A stretch of DNA of 61,668 nt, filler included. It is 5 parts of 5 records of this genome, joined end to end, with 100 filler letters (N's around TTAATTAATTAA, not from the genome) between each part and the next. Parts side by side here need not be neighbours in the genome. Positions count along the whole stretch, not along the records: positions 28,667 to 52,752 come from DRR723986_9811; positions 52,853 to 61,668 come from DRR723986_9816; 3 more parts are not named here. One strand, written 5' to 3'. Position 1 is the stretch's first letter, and each line of letters begins with the position of its first letter. The notes under the pieces were generated by a model that made no database searches, was not told the DNA's origin, and was given only the letters and a program-made list of their open reading frames with translations. The translations under genes were made by a program, and so were the position numbers. Positions 49,767 to 57,913 of the stretch are shown here, piece by piece.

Positions 49767-51902
49767 GTGCTGAAACGCGTGGATTCAATTGAAAATGAGC
49801 CGGAATCAAACCCTGCCGCTACCGAAACAGCGGTCGATGGGGTGGCTCTGGAATCGACGGGTGACGATGCGCCGCTAATGCCTGTCGCCGAATTGGAGAC
49901 CTCGGTTGACCAGTTCGAGGACGATGAATTCGAAGAGCCGACACTTTGGGAGCGAATTACTGCAACTGACGCCCAAGCGCTGCTGCTAAGTATCCTGCTC
50001 CACACCGTGCTTCTGCTTGCACTGGCTGTGTTCCCACTGGTTATCGCTAGTCAGACGAAGCCACTCGCTCTAGAAGCGGCACCGATCGAAGAACTGGAAG
50101 AGCTCTCCATCGTCGAACAAGTAGCTCCGTCGGACAATTTTGAAACCGAAGTAGGCGCGAACAGCGATTCATCAACCGACATGGCTCTCAGCGCTGCCCC
50201 CGTGTTGGCTGAGCTGCCGGAAGTATCGGCCCCCAGCGAAACGGCAAATGTTGAGATCCCAACAATCCAACTAACGAACCGTATCCAACAAGCCGTAGGT
50301 CTGACCCGCAGCGAAGTAGCAGTTCAAGGCATGACGGGTGTCGGAACGACTGGAACCGATGGTGCTGTGGACCGAATTACCTCGGAAATTCTACGCGCGA
50401 TGGAGGATCGGCCAACGCTGGTGGTTTGGTTCTTCGATCAATCAGGCAGCTTGCTAAAGCGTCGCCAGGAGATTCGTGACCGGTTCGATCGCATCTACGA
50501 AGAACTCGGTATCCTCGGACCAACTGCCGATGAAAAGAAAAAGGACGCTGACCAACCGTTGTTAACGAGTGTCTTTGCATTTGGTAGCAACGTCAATCTA
50601 TTAACAACGAAGCCAACCGCCAATATCGACGAAGTGCGTTCGGCCATTGATTCAATTGAAATGGATACCTCTGGCGTCGAACGCGTTTTCTCAGCGGTCT
50701 ACAAGGGCGTCGAAAAATACAAACGCTACCGCAGCAGCTCAACCGGACTTGGGCCCAAGCGAAACGTTATGTTTATCGTAGTCTCCGATGAACGCGGTGA
50801 TGATGAAACTGGGCTCGAAGCGACGATTGCAGAGTGCCGGAAGTTTGCAATTCCCGTCTACGTCGTTGGTGTTCCCGCACCATTCGGCCGCGAGAAGAGT
50901 TACGTGAAGTACGTGGATCCGGACCCCAACTTTGACCAGACGCCTACTTTCGCAGAAGTCGACCAAGGGCCAGAATCCATACTGCCCGAAAGAGTAAAAC
51001 TGGGCTACGAACGCAATTACTTTGCAGAGCCAGTCATTGATTCCGGCTTTGGGCCGTTCGCTCTCAGTCGCCTGTGTTACGAAACGGGCGGCATTTACTT
51101 CACCGTGCACCCAAACCGTCGCGTTGGCCGTCGCGTCAGGCGAGGGGAGCTGGATGAGTTTGCATCGAACCTCGAGTATTTCTTTGATCCGGAGAAGATG
51201 GAGAAATACCGGCCCGACTATCTGTCCAGCCAAGAGTATATGAAGCGGGTCACGAGTAGCCCGTTGCGGAACACGCTCATCCAAGCCGCCCGAATGGCTC
51301 GAGTGGATACGCTCGCCGTGCCGACTCAACGATTTGTGAAGACCAGCGATGCAAATCTCGCCAACGCCCTTACTGCCGCGCAGCGACAGGCCGCTCGCTT
51401 GGAACCACAATTGGCAACTCTATCGAACGTCCTTGCGGCGGGAGAAGCGGCTCGCAGCACTGAGACGTCGCCACGCTGGTTGGCCGGGTACGACCTTGCG
51501 CTCGGGACGGTACTGGCTCACAAGGTTCGTGCCGAGACTTACAACGCGATGCTCGCGAAGGCAAAGCGTGGCATGGCGTTTGAAAAAGAAAAGAACAATA
51601 CATGGGTTTTGCGACCAGCCAAGGAAATCACTGTAGGCAGTCGGCTTGAGAAGGAGGCCAACAAGGCGACGATGTTGCTTGAGCGCGTCGCCTCGGAGCA
51701 CAAGGGAACGCCCTGGGGACTACTTGCATCGCGTGAACTCCGCAATCCGATTGGTTGGAGCTGGGAAGAAACCTTCACCGATCTAAATCCACCAGCTCGC
51801 AATCGTGCAAACCCGAACAATAACAATCCTCGGCCACCGAGTGACGACGCTGCCCGAATGCTCAAGAAGCCACCACCAAAGCGTCCCGTCCCGAAACTCT
51901 AG
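49767..51902 (+). CDS. Membrane-anchored von Willebrand factor A domain protein
   Basis: SILLH TM anchor, MIDAS-like VWFFDQSGS, IVVSDE.GDD, PVYVVG, ETGG.YF. Confidence 0.85.
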   Translation: MLKRVDSIENEPESNPAATETAVDGVALESTGDDAPLMPVAELETSVDQFEDDEFEEPTLWERITATDAQALLLSILLHTVLLLALAVFPLVIASQTKPLALEAAPIEELEELSIVEQVAPSDNFETEVGANSDSSTDMALSAAPVLAELPEVSAPSETANVEIPTIQLTNRIQQAVGLTRSEVAVQGMTGVGTTGTDGAVDRITSEILRAMEDRPTLVVWFFDQSGSLLKRRQEIRDRFDRIYEELGILGPTADEKKKDADQPLLTSVFAFGSNVNLLTTKPTANIDEVRSAIDSIEMDTSGVERVFSAVYKGVEKYKRYRSSSTGLGPKRNVMFIVVSDERGDDETGLEATIAECRKFAIPVYVVGVPAPFGREKSYVKYVDPDPNFDQTPTFAEVDQGPESILPERVKLGYERNYFAEPVIDSGFGPFALSRLCYETGGIYFTVHPNRRVGRRVRRGELDEFASNLEYFFDPEKMEKYRPDYLSSQEYMKRVTSSPLRNTLIQAARMARVDTLAVPTQRFVKTSDANLANALTAAQRQAARLEPQLATLSNVLAAGEAARSTETSPRWLAGYDLALGTVLAHKVRAETYNAMLAKAKRGMAFEKEKNNTWVLRPAKEITVGSRLEKEANKATMLLERVASEHKGTPWGLLASRELRNPIGWSWEETFTDLNPPARNRANPNNNNPRPPSDDAARMLKKPPPKRPVPKL

Positions 51903-52094
51903 ACTACAACACAAGCCGCGGGGCACCCACGCCTGCTTGCATCCGCTCTATTCGATGCACTACAATGCTCTCATCCGGTCAGCGCGACAAGCGAGAACCA
52001 TCTTCGCCGCCCCCGGTTCGCGTTTGCCAACTGTAAGCGAATTTCACGCTGTTACTCGCTGAACTCCACGATGTAGTGAGCCCCTGATCCTCTC

Positions 52095-52724
52095 ATGGTA
52101 TTCAAACGGAAGATAGTGTTGTACTGCGTGATCGCAGCGATGCTAGGCGCAACTCTCGTAGTGGCATTCCACTATTTGGGAATCGGACATCATCCCAGAT
52201 ATCCAATGGCACGAGTCGCGTGGTGGCAATCTCCAGGGCGCATCGGTGCCACGATAGGACTGAACCCTCCGGAACCGATGACTGAATCGATGATTAGGGC
52301 GTCTGTGGATATCGACGAATGCGTTTTCGAAAACGACAGAAACCGAATGCTTTTAGGTTGGCGGTTTATGCGCAACAGCGGGGACACGGACATTTATCGC
52401 TTCCGCATCCAAGTTAATGATCAAGATCCCGTCACTCGGACAGTCGCCTTTGATGGGCAAAAAAACGTCGTCTTACAGGATCCCGAATCCGGGACTGCCC
52501 TCACGATTGAGCCTACCGATCTATTTCCAGATTTAGAAACTCCAGGCTATCTACTCTTGTGCAAAGCCACCGCGCTTTCGAGCAGTGCTAAGAAAGCATC
52601 AACGGCTTTCTCCAACTCGTTCACCCACCTCCACCGCACCGACCTGCTCTTTCAGAACACCACCTCCATCGCTTGCGGGGGTGTCAGTTGGTCGCCGACG
52701 CGTCGCGTTGGTCGTCCGCTTTGA
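52095..52724 (+). CDS. Hypothetical protein with N-terminal TM
   Basis: 209-aa ORF whose 3' end runs into REP-like repeats and may be degenerate. Confidence 0.45.
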   Translation: MVFKRKIVLYCVIAAMLGATLVVAFHYLGIGHHPRYPMARVAWWQSPGRIGATIGLNPPEPMTESMIRASVDIDECVFENDRNRMLLGWRFMRNSGDTDIYRFRIQVNDQDPVTRTVAFDGQKNVVLQDPESGTALTIEPTDLFPDLETPGYLLLCKATALSSSAKKASTAFSNSFTHLHRTDLLFQNTTSIACGGVSWSPTRRVGRPL

Positions 52725-52752
52725 ACAGTCACCTCCACCGCTTGCGGGGGAG
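52661..52752. repeat. REP-like palindromes CACCTCCAyCGCTTGCGGGGG x2 at contig end
   Basis: Copies at 52661 and 52730 (partial at about 52627); imperfect hairpin. Confidence 0.6.
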
Positions 52753-52852
52753 NNNNNNNNNNNNNNNNNNNNNNNNNNNNNNNNNNNNNNNNNNNNTTAA
52801 TTAATTAANNNNNNNNNNNNNNNNNNNNNNNNNNNNNNNNNNNNNNNNNNNN
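52753..52852. other. Artificial contig linker
   Basis: N44-TTAATTAATTAA-N44. Confidence 0.98.
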
Positions 52853-52962
52853 TGCTGATGACATCAGGCTTGCCTTTTGATTCTTTTGTTAGTTTGTGTG
52901 TCCCGGGATTGAATTCAATGAGCCTGGCCCAAAGTAATGCGAATATGATTCTATGGACTATT

Positions 52963-53640
52963 ATGCAAGACCTCACAACTCAATTCTTTGATGCTCTGTG
53001 TCTGCACGAGACACCTGCGGTTTTTCTGCCCGGAACTCCTGAGACAATGCTGCGAACTACGGTCGATGCTTCCGGCTGGTACGACTGGCAGCCTATTCCA
53101 GGTACCTTGCAGTCGGAAGACTACAAATCTCTGGAACGCGAATTCGGCGCTGTCTTACCTGACAGTTTCATCGAATGGCACATGCGCTACTTCTTTGCCG
53201 ACGCGGATTGCTGGCTGGTCCGCCTGCCAAATTCCCTGCCACAAGATCCTTTGGCAGCCGTGCGCAGCAACTTAAACATCGGCTACTCAGAAGATCTGAT
53301 CGCTGCAGGACTTATTCCTTTTGCGGATGACGGCAATGACGCCGGTTCACTTGTGTTTGACACGAGGGGACAAAACGGCCGGGCGGATTTTCCGATTTTA
53401 GAATATGATCATGAGTACCCTGACGTCCTGGACGGACTCTCCGGTGTGATTTTTTCATCGTTTAACAAACTGCTCGAATGCATGACGCATTTTTTGAAGG
53501 AAACACGCACACGCAAGAGGTTTGACGTCATACCTGCTTTCTTTGACATCGATCCGGCAGGCGCCGGCGCTGAAGGCCGTTACTACTGGGAGAATTGGAT
53601 CGATATGGAACGCATGAACTATGAAGAGTCTGGAGACTGA
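52963..53640 (+). CDS. SMI1/KNR4 (SUKH) family immunity-type protein
   Basis: LE.EFG.VLPDSF..W, LIPFADDG.D...VFD, I..YDHE, FSSF..LLE. The ORF is open from 52858. Confidence 0.8.
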   Translation: MQDLTTQFFDALCLHETPAVFLPGTPETMLRTTVDASGWYDWQPIPGTLQSEDYKSLEREFGAVLPDSFIEWHMRYFFADADCWLVRLPNSLPQDPLAAVRSNLNIGYSEDLIAAGLIPFADDGNDAGSLVFDTRGQNGRADFPILEYDHEYPDVLDGLSGVIFSSFNKLLECMTHFLKETRTRKRFDVIPAFFDIDPAGAGAEGRYYWENWIDMERMNYEESGD

Positions 53641-53870
53641 TGCCAGATACAAGTAATTGCAACTGATGCATCGACGCCAAACAAAAATATCATAAAGCAA
53701 GCCCGAAGTATAAGGGCGCTGCAATGCATGTCTACTGAAGTGTCTTGAAGATTGATTCCGCTTGAATGCCTTGAGTCATTAGATGCTAATCGCAGAGTAT
53801 TAATCGCCGAATCTTAAGTCCAGCTTGTTTAACAATTGGAAGAATCAGGTTCCTAAGTACTATTCTCAGT

Positions 53871-54524
53871 CTACTCCTGAAGTTTAAACACACCGGAGTC
53901 TAAAACATAGGTCCCAGGTGCAGGCTCATTAACACTGCCATATTCAATCGTGGAGAATTCGGACATTCCACCATAACATTCCAAGGGACCAATAGTGATC
54001 TGGCCTGCAGAATACGTGACTTCGCGTTTGCAGCCTTGATCGTCGTGATCAGAGGCAAACCAGCCAAAGTGCTCAAAGGTGGCAATCGACAGCAGGCGCG
54101 TTTTTTTGACCGGATCCCAAATCTTAATGGACTCATGCTCGGAGCCACCTCGACTGCCGTTTTGGACTCCACTTAACCTGAAAATCATTTCAGGTGTGCC
54201 GTCTTCAGTAATGTCTACAAAGTCGATAGATTTGAGGTCGATGTGCTGCATGTCATTCAAATCATAGTCGTCATCATACCAGGTGAACCAATGGATTCCA
54301 GCTTTGTAACCCACCATTCCGCGCCAGAGGGCAAAACCCTCGGTCGTGCTTATGGCCAAGAGATCACCGCAAGGGTGAGTGTTAAACAAGTGAAACAGAC
54401 TTTCACTGCGTTTAACATCCCAGGATTCAACCTGGACTGTCGGTAAAACGGTGAGAGAATCCTGACTGAAGGCCGCTGCCGAACAAAGTACGCTTAAACA
54501 AATCAAAACTAGAGCCCGCGTCAT
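53871..54524 (-). CDS. Hypothetical secreted protein
   Basis: AGGAG RBS before ATG 54524, Sec signal MTRALVLICLSVLCSAAAFS, Dx[DN]xDG-like DITEDGTPE. Confidence 0.7.
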   Translation of the reverse strand: MTRALVLICLSVLCSAAAFSQDSLTVLPTVQVESWDVKRSESLFHLFNTHPCGDLLAISTTEGFALWRGMVGYKAGIHWFTWYDDDYDLNDMQHIDLKSIDFVDITEDGTPEMIFRLSGVQNGSRGGSEHESIKIWDPVKKTRLLSIATFEHFGWFASDHDDQGCKREVTYSAGQITIGPLECYGGMSEFSTIEYGSVNEPAPGTYVLDSGVFKLQE

Positions 54525-54977
54525 ATCTGCGCTCCTGGAAAAGAGACTGGAATATGTGAATCTTTCTCGGTTTCGGTTGCGGCAGACCTGAATCCCAAAG
54601 ACTGAAGGTTGACGGCAATATAGTCGTATTACCTCACATATCAATGCTTACATGCCTGGGCTGACTACAATTAGCTACTTTGAGTCGTGATTGTGGCAGT
54701 ATCGCTGTCTCACCCTCAAGCTACTATTTATGCGGTCTCAGGCGATAATTTGCACCAAATTCAGTGCCAAACAGGCGATAGGGGAAGCTTTAGAATGTGC
54801 AATCATTTGGATTGCCGGGGGCGGGCAGCGCAGCTACTTTGCGAAAGTGATTCGGGGCAAATCAAATGTTAATACAACTCCCGAACGCAACATGTTAAAA
54901 CAAAACATGCAATACACTTCCGGGCTGACGGAGCTGTATCGAAATTTATCCATTCTATTTATCTGAAGGTTTTCCAT

Positions 54978-55580
54978 ATGAGTCCATCTCAAGACTGCTG
55001 CTGGATTGCTGTGGCAACAACAGCCTGTACGATGCCCGCTACTGGGCCTGCGAGCGGAGCACAAAATGTTTCAGGACAGACCAGAACAAATCAAACAGCT
55101 GGTACTGCTTCGGCTGCCGGCTGCCCAGTGATTATGTTAACAACGGCCTGTAGTTTTAGTGCGCAGGAAGTCGCTACGTCGCAGGCCAATGCCTCGGCGG
55201 CCGGCTGCCCGGTGATTGCTTTGACAACCGCCTGCAGTTTTAGTGCGCAGGAGATAGCCGCGAAACAGGCGGATGCCAATGCTGCCGGCTGTCCAGTGAT
55301 CATGTTAACAACCGCCTGTAGTTTCAGTGCGCAAGACGTCGCGCAGAAACAAGCCGATGCCGCAACATCAGGCTGTCCGGTGATTGCTTTGACGACCGCC
55401 TGTAGTTTCAGTGCGCAGGAGATTGCCAAGTCTCAGGCCGATGCCGCGACATCGGGCTGTCCGGTAATTGCTTTGACAACCGCCTGCAGCTTCAGTGCTC
55501 AAGAGATAGCCGCGAAACAGGCGGATGCAAGTGCTGCCGGCTGTCCGGTAATTATGTTAACAACTGCCTGCTCCTTCTAG
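54978..55580 (+). CDS. Multi-core RiPP (lanthipeptide-like) precursor: 6x GCPVI(M/A)LTTACSF plus one variant core
   Basis: 28-aa (84-nt) period, cores starting at 55119, 55203, 55287, 55371, 55455 and 55539. Core DNA differs mainly at synonymous positions. GAAGG RBS; directly upstream of kinase, lyase and cyclase genes. Confidence 0.9.
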   Translation: MSPSQDCCWIAVATTACTMPATGPASGAQNVSGQTRTNQTAGTASAAGCPVIMLTTACSFSAQEVATSQANASAAGCPVIALTTACSFSAQEIAAKQADANAAGCPVIMLTTACSFSAQDVAQKQADAATSGCPVIALTTACSFSAQEIAKSQADAATSGCPVIALTTACSFSAQEIAAKQADASAAGCPVIMLTTACSF

Positions 55581-55650
55581 TGGCGCCGCCGCATGGCAGT
55601 CCTGTAGGCTAATGACGTCAATTATGGACTGTTAAGACCCGAGCATTCAG

Positions 55651-55700
55651 GGAGGAGGAGAGCTTCTCCATACTTTTCTGTGCTTCTCCTTCTCCTTTTT
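55651..55700 (+). terminator. Hairpin plus U-tract between precursor and enzyme genes (terminator/attenuator)
   Basis: GGAGGAGGAGAGC (55651-55663) pairs with GCTTCTCCTTCTCC (55682-55695), followed by TTTTT. Confidence 0.55.
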
Positions 55701-55725
55701 CATCATTTACCTGCCCGGACAAATC

Positions 55726-56850
55726 ATGTACACTGTTGATAACATCCACTCCTTGCTCCTGGAGCAAAAACTGATTTCCATGCGCTCGTTTGTCAATGGT
55801 GATTATGAAGCAACGAGTGTCAACCGCCGCAACCAGAACCTGCGCATCACGACGCTCGCCGAAGGTAATTACCTGGTTAAACAAGTGCAGGATAAAGAGG
55901 CCGTGAATGCAGTTACTGTGCGGCGCGAGATTGATTTCTACCGCACACTCAAAACAACTGTGCCGGAATTGGCCGCTTTGTGTCCGCAGCATATCTATTC
56001 TGACAGAGATAGAATCATTCTGATGATTGAGCTGTTTGAAAAAGCGATGCCCCTCTGGAAATACTACAGAATTAAGACAATAGAGCATATGCCGCTGGCG
56101 ACGGTTGAAGCCATAGCAGTACTTCTGGCGACGGTGCACCGGAGGCTCGCAGAGCCCAAAGTCCTTGGACATCCCAACTTTGAGTTTCTGTCGCAAGACC
56201 TGCCCTTTGCGTTTGGCATGACACAACCAGATCCCGCGATATTAACATTTATCAGGCAGGGAAGCCTGCAATTCCTGCAAAATCTGCAGGCAAACGCGGA
56301 TATCCTCGAAATTCTGGCTGCCGTTCGTGAGCTGTGGCAATTGAATGCGGTGATTCACGGTGATATTAAACTCGACAACTTTTTGGTCCTTGGCGAAGAT
56401 AAGTCAATTCGCAATGCGAGCTCAGATGTTAGACTTATCGACTGGGAGATGCTGCAGTTTGGTGATTTTGCCTGGGATGTTGCCGGGGTGTTTCAGGATA
56501 AAATATTCTGGTGGGCACAATCAATGCCGCAGCGTGATACACCTGAAGAAATGGCGCAGGCCGCCCAGTTTCCGATAAATCGCCTGGCGCCGTCCATGCA
56601 GAAGTTTTGGGAGATTTACTGCCGCACTTCTGAGTTCTCGGCTGAGTATGAGCGGCAACTGCTCCACAAGGTTGTGCGTTATGCCGGCCTGCGCACGCTG
56701 CAGACCGCCTACGAAGTCTGTTCCAGATTTGATGAAATTCCGCCCGTAGGCGCAATTCTGCTCGGTATCGGCAAAAGTATTCTGCGCAAACCCGAAGAAG
56801 CTGCAATTCACCTGTTTGGATTTAAGCCGGAGGTGTTAGATGTTAACTGA
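55726..56850 (+). CDS. APH-family phosphotransferase, LanK-like Ser/Thr kinase of a split dehydratase
   Basis: RRNQNL.I....YLVKQ N-lobe, catalytic HGDIKLDN, LIDWE, GD.AWD.AG. Confidence 0.88.
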   Translation: MYTVDNIHSLLLEQKLISMRSFVNGDYEATSVNRRNQNLRITTLAEGNYLVKQVQDKEAVNAVTVRREIDFYRTLKTTVPELAALCPQHIYSDRDRIILMIELFEKAMPLWKYYRIKTIEHMPLATVEAIAVLLATVHRRLAEPKVLGHPNFEFLSQDLPFAFGMTQPDPAILTFIRQGSLQFLQNLQANADILEILAAVRELWQLNAVIHGDIKLDNFLVLGEDKSIRNASSDVRLIDWEMLQFGDFAWDVAGVFQDKIFWWAQSMPQRDTPEEMAQAAQFPINRLAPSMQKFWEIYCRTSEFSAEYERQLLHKVVRYAGLRTLQTAYEVCSRFDEIPPVGAILLGIGKSILRKPEEAAIHLFGFKPEVLDVN

Positions 56851-57913
56851 AAAAGTACACAGCGACATCCTGAAAGTAATTGATGCGGTCGAGTTTATCT
56901 CAGAAAGTGAGTATGCGCTGAACGGTTTGCGCCGCGACATCAGCAATATGCACATCATTGACCCGAGCGGGCATGTGAATGTTAGTCCCGTTGTTAAACA
57001 GCCTGCGCACTACGCCGAGAATTTTTGCAGAGTGCTGACGGCCGACATCTATCAGCAACTGTACAGCCCCGCCGAGGACGCCAATTCACAGATCCCCGAC
57101 ACCGAAATTATTGGCTTCCGCGCTAAACTCTCGCATGCCAATCAAGGCAGCGGTACCTGGGAGGCGGGCTGGAAGATCATTGGCGTAGAAGCAGCCGCAG
57201 GCGAGCCGGACGGGAAGATCATCGTCTCAAATGGCATACTGCAATTCTGGGCGAATGCCGTTGATGTTAGCACAGGCGGCAATACATTTGTTGCCGGGGC
57301 TGAATGTCAGGTTCGAGTCGGCAAAGAAGTCCAGAGTCTAAATCCACACTTCTTTATGGTCTATGGCAATCTTAACAAAGATGAAGTTGACGGTTTTGCC
57401 GGCAAAATGCTGCGGTTCTACTGGAACCTGACTGCGGCGGGCGCAATCAAGTATATTGAACTTGTCACAGACATGTTTAATCATGCCGGAATCCTTTTTA
57501 AGACAAAAGTACTTTCGGATTCGCAGGCTTATAAACGTACAGATGGCGGCGTGCTGTACACCGACAGCAGTCAGCTGCGCCAGGCCGTGCCCTTGTTAAT
57601 GCGTATCCATGCTGAGTTGCAGCCGTTCCTGGGAGCAAATGTACCGCTGTTCACCCGTAAAATGGCGCATGGCCTGGCTTTTGCCGAAGATCCGGCGACC
57701 GGCGAGAGTTTTGGAATATCGCGCGCAAGTATCATTGCACGTGGCATGCATGCCTCTTTTAGCAATGGCCGTACGCGTCCGCAAGAAATGCTGCAATCAG
57801 TACATAAACACCTCGCCAGGGCCGGCATTGAACCGCAACATCCATACTCGTATAAAACTAACCGTGCCATGTACGAGCGCATCCTGAACAATTCTGCAAC
57901 TGTTAACCATTGA
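56840..57913 (+). CDS. HopA1-like protein, LanY-like phospho-Ser/Thr lyase
   Basis: RFYWNL, FKTKVL, Y.RTDGGVLY, PLFTRK...GLAFAEDP..GESFG..R, recognised as HopA1-family motifs; overlaps the kinase by 11 nt. Confidence 0.82.
   Translation: MLTEKVHSDILKVIDAVEFISESEYALNGLRRDISNMHIIDPSGHVNVSPVVKQPAHYAENFCRVLTADIYQQLYSPAEDANSQIPDTEIIGFRAKLSHANQGSGTWEAGWKIIGVEAAAGEPDGKIIVSNGILQFWANAVDVSTGGNTFVAGAECQVRVGKEVQSLNPHFFMVYGNLNKDEVDGFAGKMLRFYWNLTAAGAIKYIELVTDMFNHAGILFKTKVLSDSQAYKRTDGGVLYTDSSQLRQAVPLLMRIHAELQPFLGANVPLFTRKMAHGLAFAEDPATGESFGISRASIIARGMHASFSNGRTRPQEMLQSVHKHLARAGIEPQHPYSYKTNRAMYERILNNSATVNH

Noticed and set aside
54691-54966. ORF upstream of the precursor as a separate leader or regulator
   Set aside because: TTG start, no motif, different frame from the precursor; more likely promoter DNA (it contains a weak CATGTT-N7-AACATG dyad at 54891-54909).
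55119-55580. 84-nt periodic repeat as a CRISPR array
   Set aside because: Repeats vary at synonymous positions, the spacers are homologous to each other, the whole array is one open frame and no cas genes are present.
55726-56850. Aminoglycoside resistance kinase
   Set aside because: It has the APH fold, but its coupling to HopA1-like and LanC genes and a Thr/Cys-rich precursor points to peptide modification.
56840-57913. Type III secretion effector
   Set aside because: The HopA1 family name is historical; there is no T3SS context, and kinase-linked members act as RiPP lyases.
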